Source: Macrostomum lignano
Lineage: Eukaryota
Assembly: GCA_002269645.1 (NCBI GenBank)
Contig: NIVC01004742.1
Span: forward strand, 1-36,453
Direction: 5' to 3'
DNA length: 36,453 bases
Below the pieces are notes generated by a model, which saw only the letters and a program-made list of their open reading frames with translations, was not told the DNA's origin and made no database searches. Every line of letters begins with the position of its first letter. Position 1 is the first letter of the stretch. The position numbers were made by a program, and so were the translations under genes. Shown here in pieces: positions 1 to 11,904 of the stretch.

Positions 1-249
1 ATGGGAGTCTGGGGGCGGATGGACTGTGGATGAAGAATAACAAACCCCATACGGCCCTTCAGTCTTGACTGTGTTGTTCTAAAAAATTATAAATTAAAGA
101 CAGCAAAAAATGGATTTTCCTAATTCAAAATAATTCAATACGACTCGGTTGCCATGGGCTTTAGCGGACCAAGACTGCACCACGGAGTCTGGGGGGGGGC
201 ATTATTGATTGGCCGGCAATGTCAAAAGACAAGGCATTAATCATACAAG

Positions 250-252
<3 letters not shown>

Positions 253-327
<75 letters not shown>
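253..327. repeat. (GA)n microsatellite
   Basis: Uninterrupted GA run of about 37 units; explains ORFs 161-391 and 209-436. Confidence 0.97.
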
Positions 328-331
<4 letters not shown>

Positions 332-1029
332 TCTCCATCTGAAAAGATAGATGATGGCCCGGCCAGCACCAGCATCAGTCAATGCGGTCATTTATATTGG
401 CAATTCCTCATTAGCCCAGCCTACTACAGATCCTAAATATTATAGTCAATGAATGAACTCAACTTACTCAACAGGTACAGTATAGGGAGGCCTATTCAGC
501 CAGAATGAATATCTGAGCCTTGAGCTGACAGGCCTGCAGGCCCCGCCATCTCCCCCCCTTCGGTCCCTATCAATCAATCGGTCCCCAGGTCCACAATTCC
601 CCCCCCCCAGTCACTCCCGAGCAGCGATATAAATAATGGGAGCATGATTGAGAAAGCCGTGTCAGTGGGGGGAGGCAAGCCAACTTTATGCATGACGTGC
701 ATGAGGGGGAGGCAGGGAGGGGGCCCCGACCCCTCCGGCTTTGATTTATCGCTGCCCGCCTCCCCGACTCAAGCCGTCATGAGCTCTGATGAATGAGGTC
801 TCCCAGCCTCCGCTTCTGGACTGGACTTTGCGACCTCAGCCTTATTTTAGCGACTAGGGACTTGGGAAATGATCCGCGTTGAAAGCCTGAAGCGGTTTAG
901 TCTGCCAAGTTAGAAATTGTTCACTTCCCTTGGTAGCTAGCAACACCTGGAACAGGGTCATCTTTCTCTGCTCTAGTGGAACAGGGGTCCTTTGAAACTT
1001 CACAATAGCAATGCCAAGTTTTTTGTCTC

Positions 1030-1790
1030 TTCTCAGCTCTCTTCTCTCCTCTCTCTTCTCTCCTCTCTCCTCTCTTCTCTCTCTTCTCCTATTTCCCGTC
1101 TCCTCTCTCCTCTCTCTTCTCTTTTCTCTATTCTCTCTTCTCTCCTCTCTATTCTCTCTTCTCTCCTCTCTATTCTCTCTTCTCTCCTCTCTATTCTCTC
1201 TTCTCTCCTCTCTATTTTCTCTTCTCTCCTCTCTATTCTCTCTTCTCTCCTCTCTATTCTCTCTTCTCTCCTCTCTATTCTCTCCTCTCTCCTCTCTTCT
1301 CTCCTCTCTCCTCTTTCCCGTCTCCTCTCTCCTCTCTCTTCTCTTCTCTCTATTCTCTCTTCTCTCCTCTCTATTCTCTCTTCTCTCCTCTCTATTCTCT
1401 CTTCTCTCCTCTCTCCTCTCTCTTCTCTTTTCTCTATTCTCTCTTCTCTCCTCTCTATTCTCTCTTCTCTCCTCTCTATTCTCTCTTCTCTCCTCTCTAT
1501 TCTCTCTTCTCTCCTCTCTATTCTCTCTTCTCTCCTCTCTATTCTCTCTTCTCTCCTCTCTCCTCTCTCTTCTCTTTTCTCTATTCTCTCTTCTCTCCTC
1601 TCTATTCTCTCTTCTCTCCTCTCTATTCTCTTTTCTCTCCTCTCTATTCTCTCTTCTCTCCTCTCTATTCTCTCTTCTCTCCTCTCTCCTATCTCCGTCT
1701 CCTCTCTCCTCTCATCTAATCTCTCCTCTCCCTTTATCTCTCATCCCATCACTCATCTAGTCTTTCCTCTCATCTCTTCTCTATTCGCTC
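1030..1790. repeat. Pyrimidine-rich 21-bp minisatellite (CTCTTCTCTCCTCTCTATTCT), probably in the intron upstream of the NET exon
   Basis: 7-aa periodicity (SSLLSIL) in ORF 992-1825; + strand almost entirely C/T. Confidence 0.93.
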
Positions 1791-2220
1791 TCCTTTTCTC
1801 TCTGTCATCTGGCCCGCAGCCATGAGCTGGATTCTTTATCCGGCCCTTTGAGGTAAAAAAAAAAATTCCGACCCCTTGATCTCTACTTTCAATTTGATTT
1901 TTCTGCCTTTAACAAAAGCAGCAACTCTTCTGTCTCTTCACATTGTGGAAACGCGGCGCCGTCTGTCCCGCTGCAAATTTGGGGGGGGGGTTAAAGTGGC
2001 GAAAGAGGAAGATTGGTTTCTATTCCTGTGTCCGACTTCTGCAGTGCCTCATCACCACTCTCAGTGTGCTTGAGAGTACTTGAGAGCAGCGGCCGGGTCC
2101 TCGAGAAAAGTGAAATAAATTTCTCTAGCCAAACTCCAGAACTGGGCAGAGCTGAGAACGGCGGGGAAAATGAAAGAAACAAATTGATTTATTATTATTA
2201 TTATTACAATACTATTACAG

Positions 2221-3373
2221 ACCGACCCAAAGCAGAGTCCGCTCGCTCTGCTGGTGAAGACCTGCGACAGCATCGGCTCGGGCTCAGAGCATCACTCGGC
2301 TGCAACAACTGGCGCCAGCAGCGGCGCCTCCCGCTCCACCAGCCGTCGCTCCGCTGGAAGCCGGCCGCCGTCGGCGACCAACGCAGTCGATGCCGGAGCC
2401 CCGCCACCGCTGAAGCGGCCCGCCAGTCCCGCCAGCCGCGGCGGCTTCGGGCAGCCTCGCCCGGCTAAGCAGCGCTCGCCGCAGTCGCCGCCACCGCCGC
2501 TGCCGCCACCCCGCCTCCGCCCCAATCGAATCCGTTGAAGTCAGCTGAGTCGCCGACTTCGGCTTCATCGGCTGCGGCGATCGCGGCGGCGATGGCGGCT
2601 GCCGCAGCTGCAGTTGCCGGAGGCGGCCCGCACCAGCAGCAGCAACAGCAGCATGCCTCTCCGCCGCTCTCCTATCCGCCGATGTTCCCGCCTTTCCACC
2701 ATCATCAGCCGCATCATCAGCAGCATCTGGCCACCTGGGGACTCGGCGCTGTGCCCGAAGGCCACTCGGCCGCCGTCTGCACCTGTCCGCACTGCGTCCA
2801 CGCCCGGGCCCTGGTGGACTATCTCTACGCCTCGGCGGCGGCGGCCGCGGCAGCCTCAGCTGCGGCCGAAACCAGCACCGCGTTAACGACAACCAGCAGC
2901 AGCAGCAGCAGCAGCTCCGGCCAGCAGCAGCAGCGCCGCCAGCATTCGTCCCCGGCGCCGCAGACTCCCCAGGCCGAGTTCTGCATCTTCTGCGGCCGGC
3001 ACTGCCCGACCCCGAGCAGCTGGTGCGGCACATGCGCTCGCACGAGTCGTCCTCGTTCGCGACGTCGGTTGCGTCGGCGCCGCCAGCAGCTCCGCAGCTC
3101 AGCCCGTTCAGCGGGCCGCCGTCTCCGCCACAGATGCCGACTTTGCCAACTTCGTCGTCGCATCATAACGCGACGCTGGCTTACGCGGCCGCTGCCGCCG
3201 CCGCCGCAGCAATGCAGCAGCCGCATCAGCAGCACCAGCAGCTGGAGTCGATGCGCAAGTGGGCGGCAGCGGCGGCGGCGGCAGCGGCGGGCCCGGATCA
3301 GCGCTACCAGCCCTACCGCAGCCTTCTCGGCCGCCTGCAGTTCCCTCATTTCGGGGCGGCGCCCCTGGTCTGA
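2221..3373 (+). CDS. ZNF503: NET-family (Noc/Elbow/TLP-1; ZNF503/ZNF703-like) single C2H2 zinc-finger protein, terminal coding exon; two apparent 1-bp deletions near 2510 and 3011; first exon not identified
   Basis: Acceptor TACAG ends at 2220, followed by TDPKQSPLALLVKTCDSIG (Sp motif; compare KKSPLALLAQTCSQIG). Also Btd box CTCPHC (2778-2795), one C2H2 finger CIFCGRHCPT(P)EQLVRHMRSH (2982-3043), C-terminal RYQPY (3302-3316; compare RYHPY), and TGA at 3371-3373. The motifs lie in three successive frames. Adding one C at each of two C4 runs gives one 385-codon frame. The symbol indicates family, not proven orthology. Confidence 0.85.
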
Positions 3374-3818
3374 CTGGCTCAAGCAGACTGACAGATGAAC
3401 AATCGCACCTTTCAATTCTCGACTAAACTCTCTCGCTTCCCATTGGCCTCCGCTTCATGAACATCGTGTAATTACGCGTATTATTAGCGATATTCGGCCT
3501 GCATAGCAACGCTCTGCATACTTATAAGTATCGATTCGTCCCTGTATTCCTTCGCGCTTGGTTCTTGATGTACACACAGCAACAGTAGCAGCAGAACTAT
3601 AGAATGCGCTGTACCTGCTATAAGCTGAGTAAATTATAATAATAGTAACAGATTACTTATTTTGCATTAAGTCGGTCGATATTTTATATCTATGTATATG
3701 TACAGTATGTATGTATATATAATCATGTAATCCTCTTCTTCAACCTCAAGAATAATTAGGTTAAATAAAGAGGCAAGTCAAGCAAAAAGTGCCAATCAAC
3801 ACTGCTAAATTGTTATAT

Positions 3819-6800
3819 TTACAACCCTGCTGTCCTGACTAATGCAGCTTTGTCAGCTCTGTTTCAAATTAAATAATTAGGTGATCAAAATAATCCAACT
3901 TGTGCTAAAGAATAATACCACGTTGGCTTGTTCTGTAATAACATATGCAATATATAAACCTTCATACATTATAAAAAGTAAATATAAATATTTCATACAG
4001 TATGTAACATCTCGGCGCTGAGATAAAAACTGCTAATGTGATCCATTACGTACCTATTCATCGGTTGCCTTGTTACCCGATTGTTTTTTCTCTAAGAAAC
4101 AGGTAGGGAAAATATGTCAAGAGAGTTACAGTTGTAGATAAGAGAGTGACAGTTGCAGATAAGAGAGTGACAGTTGTAGATAAGAGAGTGACAGTTGTAG
4201 ATAAGATAGTGACAGTTTCAGATAAGAGAGTGACAGTTGTAGATAAGATAGTGACAGTTGCAGATAAGAGAGTGACAGTTGTAGACAAGAGAGTGACAGT
4301 TGTAGATAAGAGAGTGACAGTTGCAGATAAGAGAGTGACAGTTGTAGACAACAGAGTGACAGTTGTAGATAAGAGAGTGACAGTTGCAGATAAGAGAGTG
4401 ACAGTTGTAGATAAGAGAGTGACAGTTGTAGACAACAGAGTGACAGTTGCAGACAAGAGAGTGACAGTTGAGCATTATAGAAATGACAAGCAAGATATTT
4501 AAACAATTATAAACACTCGCTCTCTAATCGCTCAAATTCAATCAGATTAAGAGAATCAGACTCTCTTAGATTCTGATTCAGAATCAGAATCAGATTAACA
4601 GTATTTTGTTACCTGTAATTGCATGGTTGCTTAGAAAATATGCAACTTTATTTAGAAAAGAGAGAAAGCAAAAAGCAAAGCTTAAGTTTAGGCCAGCAGA
4701 CTTTCCCACGGGTCTGTCGGTTTTGTCGGCAAAGATCAAAAGAAACGCTAAGCTCAGTACGAGTAGGAGTAAACTATATAATCCAACCCTTGTTTACCCG
4801 TTTCGCTAAGCATTTTATGGAGAATTTGAAAGAAAAATTTCGGGAAATAAGCGACTAAGCGGGCACTGCTAGGACTGGCTGACAGACAGACAGGCAACCT
4901 AACCTGCGGTTAGAACTGTAAACTGAATGCTGATTGACTGACACTGAGAGTCAGGCAGATAGAATATGCAAATTAAGAGTGTTATAAAAGTAGTGGCAAA
5001 TAACTGTAAGGGGATGCAGTTGAGAAAATCAGAGAAGGAAATAGGAAGAGTCAGGATTAAGCTGAGAGTCAGGGGATGAGATTAAGGTGAGAGTCAGAGG
5101 ATGAGATTATGCTCAGAATCAGAGAATGAGACAAGCTGAGAGTCAGATGATGAGACAAGCTGAGAGTCAGAGGATGAGACAAGCTGAGAGTCAGAGGATG
5201 AGATTAGAAGAGTCAGGAGAATTAGCTGGGAGTCAGAGGATGCAGTTGAGAGAATCAGAGAAGGAAATAGAAAGAGTCAGAGGATGAGATAAGCTAAGAG
5301 TCAGAGGATGAGATTAAGCTGAGAGTCAGAGGATGAGATTAGAAGAGTCAGGAGAATTAGCTGCGAGTCAGAGGATGAGATTAGAAGAGTCAGGAGAATT
5401 AGCTGCGAGTCAGAGGATGAGATTAAAAGAGTCAGGAGAATTAGCTGCGAGTCAGAGGATGAGATTAGAAGAGTCAGGAGAATTAGCTGCGAGTCAGAGG
5501 ATGAGATTAGAAGAGTCAGGAGAATTAGCTGGGAGTCAGAGGATGCAGTTGAGAGAATCAAAGAAGGAAATAGAAAGAGTCAGAGGATGAGATAAGCTGA
5601 GAGTCAGAGGATGAGACAAGCTGAGAGTCAGAGGATGAGACAAGCTGAGAGTCAGAGGATGAGATAAGCGGAGAGTCAGAGGATAAGATAAGCTGAGAGT
5701 CAGAGGATGAGACAAGCTGAGAGTCAAAGGATGAGATTAAGCTGAGAGTCAGAGGAGAGATAGTGAAAGCCAGATATCGGAAGGGCGACTAGCTGATGCA
5801 GTCAGTCAGTTGATCCTTTATCATTTCCCGGCGCCCACAGTCAGCAGTCGCAGTTTGTAGCGACAGTTCTATCGGGTTTAGCTCGGTGGCCGGCATCTTC
5901 TGATCAAGAGGAGAGGCAGAGAGAGAAACTGATTGATTGATTGATTGATTGATGACCCGGTATGCGGCCGCGGCACCTTGTGGAAATCCAAATCGACGGA
6001 CAGACGGAATTGACGAGGCAAGAAAAATGGGTAAAGGAGAGGTGAAGAATGAACGAGCTGCAATCCTTGCGCCTCGGTTTTTTCTTTTAGTCTTTCTTTT
6101 TCTGCTTCTTCTTCTTGGCCGTTGAGTTCAAGGAGTTCGAAGACATGGAAAATCTAGTAAAAGAAACTGCCTGGTGACTTTTTGATTCTGATATCCTGAT
6201 AACGGCATGGCACTCCCCGGTATGGCACTCCCCGGCATGGCACTTCCCGGTATGGTACTCCCCGGTATGGCACTCCCCGGCATGGCACTTCCCGGTATGG
6301 CACTCCTCGGTATGGCACTCCCCGGCATGACACTTCCCGGCATGACACTTCCCGGTATGGAACTCCTCGGTATGGCATTCCCCGGTATGGAACTCCTCGG
6401 TATGGCATTCCCCGGTATGGAACTCCTCGGTATGGCATTCCCCGGTATGGCACTCCTCGGTATGGTACTCCCCGGTATGGCACTCCCCGGTATGGCACTC
6501 CTTGACTCTCTTTAACCGCACTCCAGACCCTGGCTGTATCCATAGAATTCCATGACAAAGGCGCGATCTCCTTGACCAATTATCATCAGCCGGGCAGTCG
6601 GTCGGGCTTTGATAAATCGAGCAATGCCTGAGGCTGCGGCGATGATGAAGGAGACTGGATTAGGGCGTGGTATGTTCAGACCTGCATGGCTTTTAAGATG
6701 GATTCCCTTTCCTGCCTGAATAGACAGCCTGCTGCAGATGCGGATCTCAGATTTCGAAAATTCCCAATTTTCGACTCCGAAACCCCAGCTATTCGAATCC

Positions 6801-9800
6801 GAAAATCCCAACTACCAAATCCGAAATCCCAATAAATTTAATTCAAAATCCCCAATAAACCGAATCCAAAATCCCAACTATTCGAATCCGAAATCCCAAC
6901 TATTCGAATCCGAAATCCCAACTATTCGAATCTGAAATTCCAAATATTCGAATCTGAAATTCCAATTATTCGAATCCGAAATCCCAACTATTCGAATCTG
7001 AAATTCCAAATATTCGAATCCGAAATCCCAACTATTCGAATCCAAAATTCCAACTATTCGAATCTGAAATTCCAATTATTCGAATCCGAAATCCCAACTA
7101 TTCGAATCCAAAATTCCAACTATTCGAATCTGAAATTCCAAATATTCGAATCCGAAATCCCAACTATTCGAATCCAAAATTCCAACTATTCGAATCTGAA
7201 ATCCCAATTATTCGAATCCGAAATCCCAACTATTCGAATCCAAAATTCCAACTATTCGAATCTGAAATTCCAATTATTCGAATCCGAAATCCCAACTATT
7301 CGAATCTGAAATTCCAAATATTCGAATCCGAAATCCCAACTATTCGAATCCAAAATTCCAACTATTCGAATCTGAAATTCCAACTATTCGAATCCGAAAT
7401 CCCAACTATTCGAATCTGAAATTCCAACTATTCGAATCTGAAATCCCAACTATTCGAATCTGAAATTCCAATTATTCGAATCCGAAATTCCAACTATTCG
7501 AATCTGAAATTCCAAATATTCGAATCCGAAATCCCAACTATTCGAATCTGAAATTCCAATTATTCGAATCCGAAATCCCAACTATTCGAATCTGAAATTC
7601 CAATTATTCGAATCCGAAATCCCAACTATTCGAATCTGAAATTCCAAATATTCGAATCCGAAATCCCAACTATTCGAATCCAAAATTCCAACTATTCGAA
7701 TCTGAAATTCCAAATATTCGAATCCGAAATCCCAACTATTCGAATCCAAAATTCCAACTATTCGAATCTGAAATCCCAACTATTCGAATCTGAAATTCCA
7801 ATTATTCGAATCCGAAATCCCAACTATTCGAATCTGAAATTCCAAATATTCGAATCCGAAATCCCAACTATTCGAATCTGAAATTCCAAATATTCGAATC
7901 CGAAATCCCAACTATTCGAATCTGAAATTCCAAATATTCGAATCCGAAATCCCAACTATTCGAATCTGAAATTCCAACTATTCGAATCTGAAATTCCAAC
8001 TATTCGAATCCAAAATTCCAACTATTCGAATCCAAAATTCCAACTATTCGAATCTGAAATTCCAACTATTCGAATCCAAAATTCCAACTATTCGAATCCA
8101 AAATTCCAACTATTCGAATCTGAAATCCCAACTATTCGTATCCGAAATCCCAACTATTCGAATCCAAAATTCCAACTATTCGAATCTGAAATCCCAACTA
8201 TTCGTATCCGAAATCCCAATTATTCGAATTATTCTAGGATAAAAGTAAAGTCACAGTGGGTAGGCTTACTAACTGCTCACAGGGTCAGTGAACCCGACTG
8301 TCGGGCACATTGTCAGGCAGTTTTACACAGCCATGTGACGCCACTAATCAGCAGCGACAATAAATCTATAAATTCGCTGGAATTAAATTGAAATCCAAGA
8401 TAAGTCAGTCTACCCCATACCGCCCTCGCACTCCAGTCGGTGGAGCAATACGCTCATAAATCATCCGAACTGGCAGTGCGACCCCCCCCCCGCAATAATT
8501 AATCTGCAGCTACCAAATATTTCTTCGCGCTGCTCTCGCGACTGGCGAGGCAATAAACTTTCTTTCCCGAAATTCTTTGGCCGCGTCAAAAAAACTGTAT
8601 CGGCTTTCACTGACAAGCGGCGGCCTCGCGCGCGCCCAAAAAGAGGAAAAATTCCCCCTGTCAATGTTGTGTTTTGGATTGTTACATATCTCTTCTTGGT
8701 CTCTGTGACTGCCTGCCTGTCTGCCTGTCTTTGCAGCAGGGCAGGGTGGGGTTCAGGAGAGGAAAGCGACAAGGACGCAGACAGGGAAATGATTAACGGG
8801 ACGGGTCTCCCCAGCTTCATTTTAGCTTCCAAATTGTGGCCACTCCATCAAACAGAGCCTGAGCCGTTTGACCGATTGAGGCTGGGATGTGGCTCGAGCT
8901 GCAGTTTTACCCAGCGACTCGGCCATTTGTGTAGATGCAGTCTCCCTGAGCTAGCGGCCGCTGTGTGCGTGACAGTCACTACTCTGTCGCTTGTACTTTC
9001 TATACATGTGGTGAGCCAGGCAGTCTTCCCTGACGCCCAGGTAGTCTTCCCTGATGCCCCGCTAGCCTCTCTTGGCGCCCCACAGCCTCTCTTGGCGCCC
9101 CACAGCCTCTCCTAGCGCCACGCAGCCTCTCTTGGCACCCCGCAGTCTCTCCTAGTGCCCCACAGCCTCTCCTAGCACAACGCAGCCTCTCCTAGCGCCC
9201 CGCAGCCTCTCTTGGCGCCTCGCAGCCTCTCTTGGCGCCCCACAGCCTCTCTTGGCGCCACGCAGCCTCTCTTGGCGCCCCGCAGTCTCTCCTAGTGCCC
9301 CACAGCCTCTCCTAGCGCCACGCAGCCTCTCTTGGCACCCCGCAGTCTCTCCTAGTGCCCCACAGCCTCTCCTAGCGCCACGCAGCCTCTCCTAGCGCCC
9401 CGCAGCCTCTCTTGGCGCCTCGCAGCCTCTCTTGGCGCCCCACAGTCTCTCTTGGCGCCCGCAGCCTCTCTTGGCGCCCCACAGCCTCTCTTGGCGCCCC
9501 GCAGTCTCTCTTGGCGCCCCACAGCCTCTCTTGGCGCCCCACAGCCTCTCTTGGCGCCCCACAGCCTCTCTTGGCGCCACGCAGCCTCTCTTGGCGCCCC
9601 GCAGTCTCTCCTAGTGCCCGACAGTCTCTCCTAGCGCCACGCAGCCTCTCCTAGCGCCGCACAGCCTATCCTAGCGCCCCACAGCCTCTCTTGGCGCCCC
9701 ACAGCCTCTCTTGGCGCCCCGCAGCCTCTCTTGGCGCCTCGCAGCCTCTCTTGGCGCCCCACAGCCTCTCTTGGCGCCCCACAGCCTCTCTTGGCGCCCC

Positions 9801-11113
9801 ACAGCCTCTCCTAGCGCCACGCAGCCTCTCTTGGCGCCCCGCAGTCTCTCTTGGCGCCCCACAGCCTCTCTTGGCGCCCCGCAGTCTCTCTTGGCGCCCC
9901 ACAGCCTCTCTTGGCGCCCCACAGCCTCTCTTGGCGCCCCACAGCCTCTCTTGGCGCCACGCAGCCTCTCTTGGCGCCCCGCAGTCTCTCCTAGTGCCCC
10001 ACAGCCTCTCCTAGTGCCACGCAGCCTCTCCTAGTGCCCCACAGCCTCTCCTAGCGCCACGCAGCCTCTCTTGGCGCCCCGCAGTCTCTCCTAGTGCCCC
10101 ACAGCCTCTCCTAGCGCCACGCAGCCTCTCCTAGTGCCCCACAGCCTCTCCTAGCGCCACGCAGCCTCTCCTAGCGCCCCGCAGCCTCTCTTGGCGCCCC
10201 ACAGCCTCTCTTGGCGCCCCACAGCCTCTCTTGGCGCCCCACAGCCTCTCTTGGCGCCACGCAGCCTCTCTTGGCGCCCCGCAGCCTCTCTTGGCGCCCC
10301 GCAGCCTCTCTTGGCGCCCCGCAGCCTCTCTTGGCGCCTCGCAGCCTCTCTTGGCGCCTCGCAGCCTCTCTTGGCGCCCCACAGCCTCTCTTGGCGCCCC
10401 ACAGTCTCTCTTGGCGCCCCACAACCTCTCCTAGCGCCGCACAGCCTCTCCTAGCGCCCCGCAGCCTCTCCTAGCGCCACGCAGCCTCTCCTAGCGCCCC
10501 ACAGCCTCTCCTAGCGCCACGCAGCCTCTCCTAGCGCCCCACAGCCTCTCCTAGCGCCGCACAGCCTCTCCTAGCGCCACGCAGCCTCTCCTAGCACCCC
10601 ACAGCCTCTCCCGGCGCCGCACAGCCTCTCCTAGCGCCACGCAGCCTCTCCTAGCGCCCCACAGCCTCTCCTAGCGCCGCACAGCCTCTCCTAGCGCCAC
10701 GCAGCCTCTCCTAGCACCCCACAGCCTCTCCCGGCGCCGCACAGCCTCCACAAAGTTATGATCTCATTATTTTGCATCCCCAGTTTCTCGCTACTGCCTC
10801 GACTGGCGCCAAAAATCTCCACCAGAGAAAAAAGCCATGACTAAAAGCCAACAAGCAGCCGCAGCAGCAAAGAATAATTATCACGATTTCCCGCACACAC
10901 CCGAAGCTCTCCCAACAGGCGGATCTCAGGGTTGAGAGAGTTTTTTTTCCATTATTGAATAACGTCTGCGTGACCCAACAAGAGCGAGACCTGGGCTGGA
11001 TTGATAATACGGCCTTCAGCTTTGAATTCACGGTTGAATTTCGAGAGAAAGGACCGAGACTTAAGTGGCTCAAGGCCGGCCAGTCGAAGTATAGCTCAGA
11101 GTTCTTTCTGTTG
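3819..11113 (-). CDS. Candidate unrecognised multi-exon gene; exons 10991-11113, 8514-8702, 6682-6715, 5977-6153, and less certainly 4798-4903, 4613-4629, 4054-4091, 3819-3858; 5' end not found
   Basis: Hand parse: stop-free segments with AG/GT ends whose intron phases (2,2,0,0,1,0,2) chain into one frame, e.g. ...IQPR|DQEEICNNPKHNIDRGNFSSFW...RNIW|QERESILKAMQ|IFHVFELLELNGQEEEAEKERLKEK... No family recognised. Sites were chosen post hoc, so chance cannot be excluded. Confidence 0.35.
4121..4470. repeat. 21-bp minisatellite (GAGAGTGACAGTTGTAGATAA), about 16 copies
   Basis: Direct reading; 7-aa periodicity (DKRVTVV) in overlapping ORFs. Confidence 0.95.
5049..5755. repeat. Composite minisatellite of related 24-bp and 42-bp units sharing GAGTCAGAGGATGAGA
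   Basis: 8-aa (LTLSLSHP) and 14-aa (MRLEESGELAASQR) periodicities; shared core visible. Confidence 0.9.
6207..6500. repeat. 15-bp minisatellite (ATGGCACTCCCCGGT), about 19 copies
   Basis: 5-aa periodicity (MALPG) in all overlapping ORFs. Confidence 0.95.
6770..8228. repeat. 22-bp minisatellite (TATTCGAATCCGAAATCCCAAC), about 65 copies
   Basis: Period 22 (e.g. 6901 and 6923); degenerate left edge. Confidence 0.96.
9064..10748. repeat. 20-bp GC-rich minisatellite (GCAGCCTCTCTTGGCGCCCC), about 84 copies
   Basis: Direct reading; 20-aa periodicity in many spurious ORFs on both strands. Confidence 0.96.
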
Positions 11114-11615
11114 CTGCAAAAGCAAAAAATTGCCAAGGCGACTCCTCCCTCTACCCTGCTGTCAGCTGTCAATCAAATTATCAAAGACAGATGAATGAAT
11201 GACTGCAATGACGACGGGCTGAGAGAGGGGAGGAAAATGGGAAATAATATGAGCCATGCCCCCCTTATCCCCCCGCGAACTCAGTTGTAATACTCGTATC
11301 CTATATATTAGTAATACGATTTGAGACTTGTACGAGATGCCAGATTTCTATATCAGTTTAAGCAGGCCTTTTTTGGATTTCTAGCAATCATCATCAATCT
11401 CCTGTTTGTCTGGCTCCCCTCCCGCTGCTGCGAGTTTGCTTTCGCAATGTTGACTCTCAAGCCGCATTCTCTGCTTCCGTCAAGACAGGGCAGGACTGTA
11501 TAGGCTCTGGTGAGCTCCTGCATGTTTGCTTTTCAAAGATGGGCTCAGTGTGAATAGGAGAAGGAATGGTAATTGGCATTGCCTATCGCAGCCCATCATT
11601 GTGCAGGATGTCTCA

Positions 11616-11872
11616 GGGTGTCAGGGTTCCAGGAGTCTCTGACGAGGGGTGTCAGGGTTCCAGGAGTATCTGACAAGGGGTTTCAGGGTTCCAGGAGTAT
11701 CTGACGAGGAGTGCCAGGGTTCCAGGAGTCTCTGACGAGGAGTGCCAGGGTACGAGGAGTCTCTGACGAGGGGTGTCAGGGTTCCAGGAGTCTCTGAAGA
11801 GGGGTGTCAGGGTTCCAGGAGTATCTGACGAGGGGTGTCAGGGTTCCAGGAGTCTCTGACGAGGAGTGTCAG
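11616..11872. repeat. 31-bp minisatellite (GGGGTGTCAGGGTTCCAGGAGTCTCTGACGA), about 8 copies
   Basis: Period 31 (11761 and 11792). Confidence 0.93.
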
Positions 11873-11904
11873 GCTCTCAATGCTGAACTAGATCTCATTC
11901 TAGT

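Noticed and set aside
1-990. First coding exon of the NET gene; transposon-like GC-rich fragments (duplicated GGAGTCTGGGGG; 530-780)
   Set aside because: No convincing ATG-to-donor segment with NET-like sequence was found, and no TIR or TSD pair could be defined for the fragments.
2204-3415. Long minus-strand ORFs (2284-3033, 2825-3415) over the NET exon
   Set aside because: Antisense shadows of GC-rich, triplet-repeat-rich coding sequence; all family motifs are on the + strand.
8509-11509. Competing + strand gene (open frame 8509-9115, exon-like 10784-10930, and 11385-11509 with a GTGAG donor)
   Set aside because: Individual splice signals are good, but the phases do not chain as consistently as on the minus strand and no family is recognisable. 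Not fully excluded; stranded RNA-seq would decide.
11355-11523. Minus-strand MQELTRAYTVL resembling DnaJ helix III
   Set aside because: No HPD motif, no downstream J-domain signature and no usable donor; probably chance.
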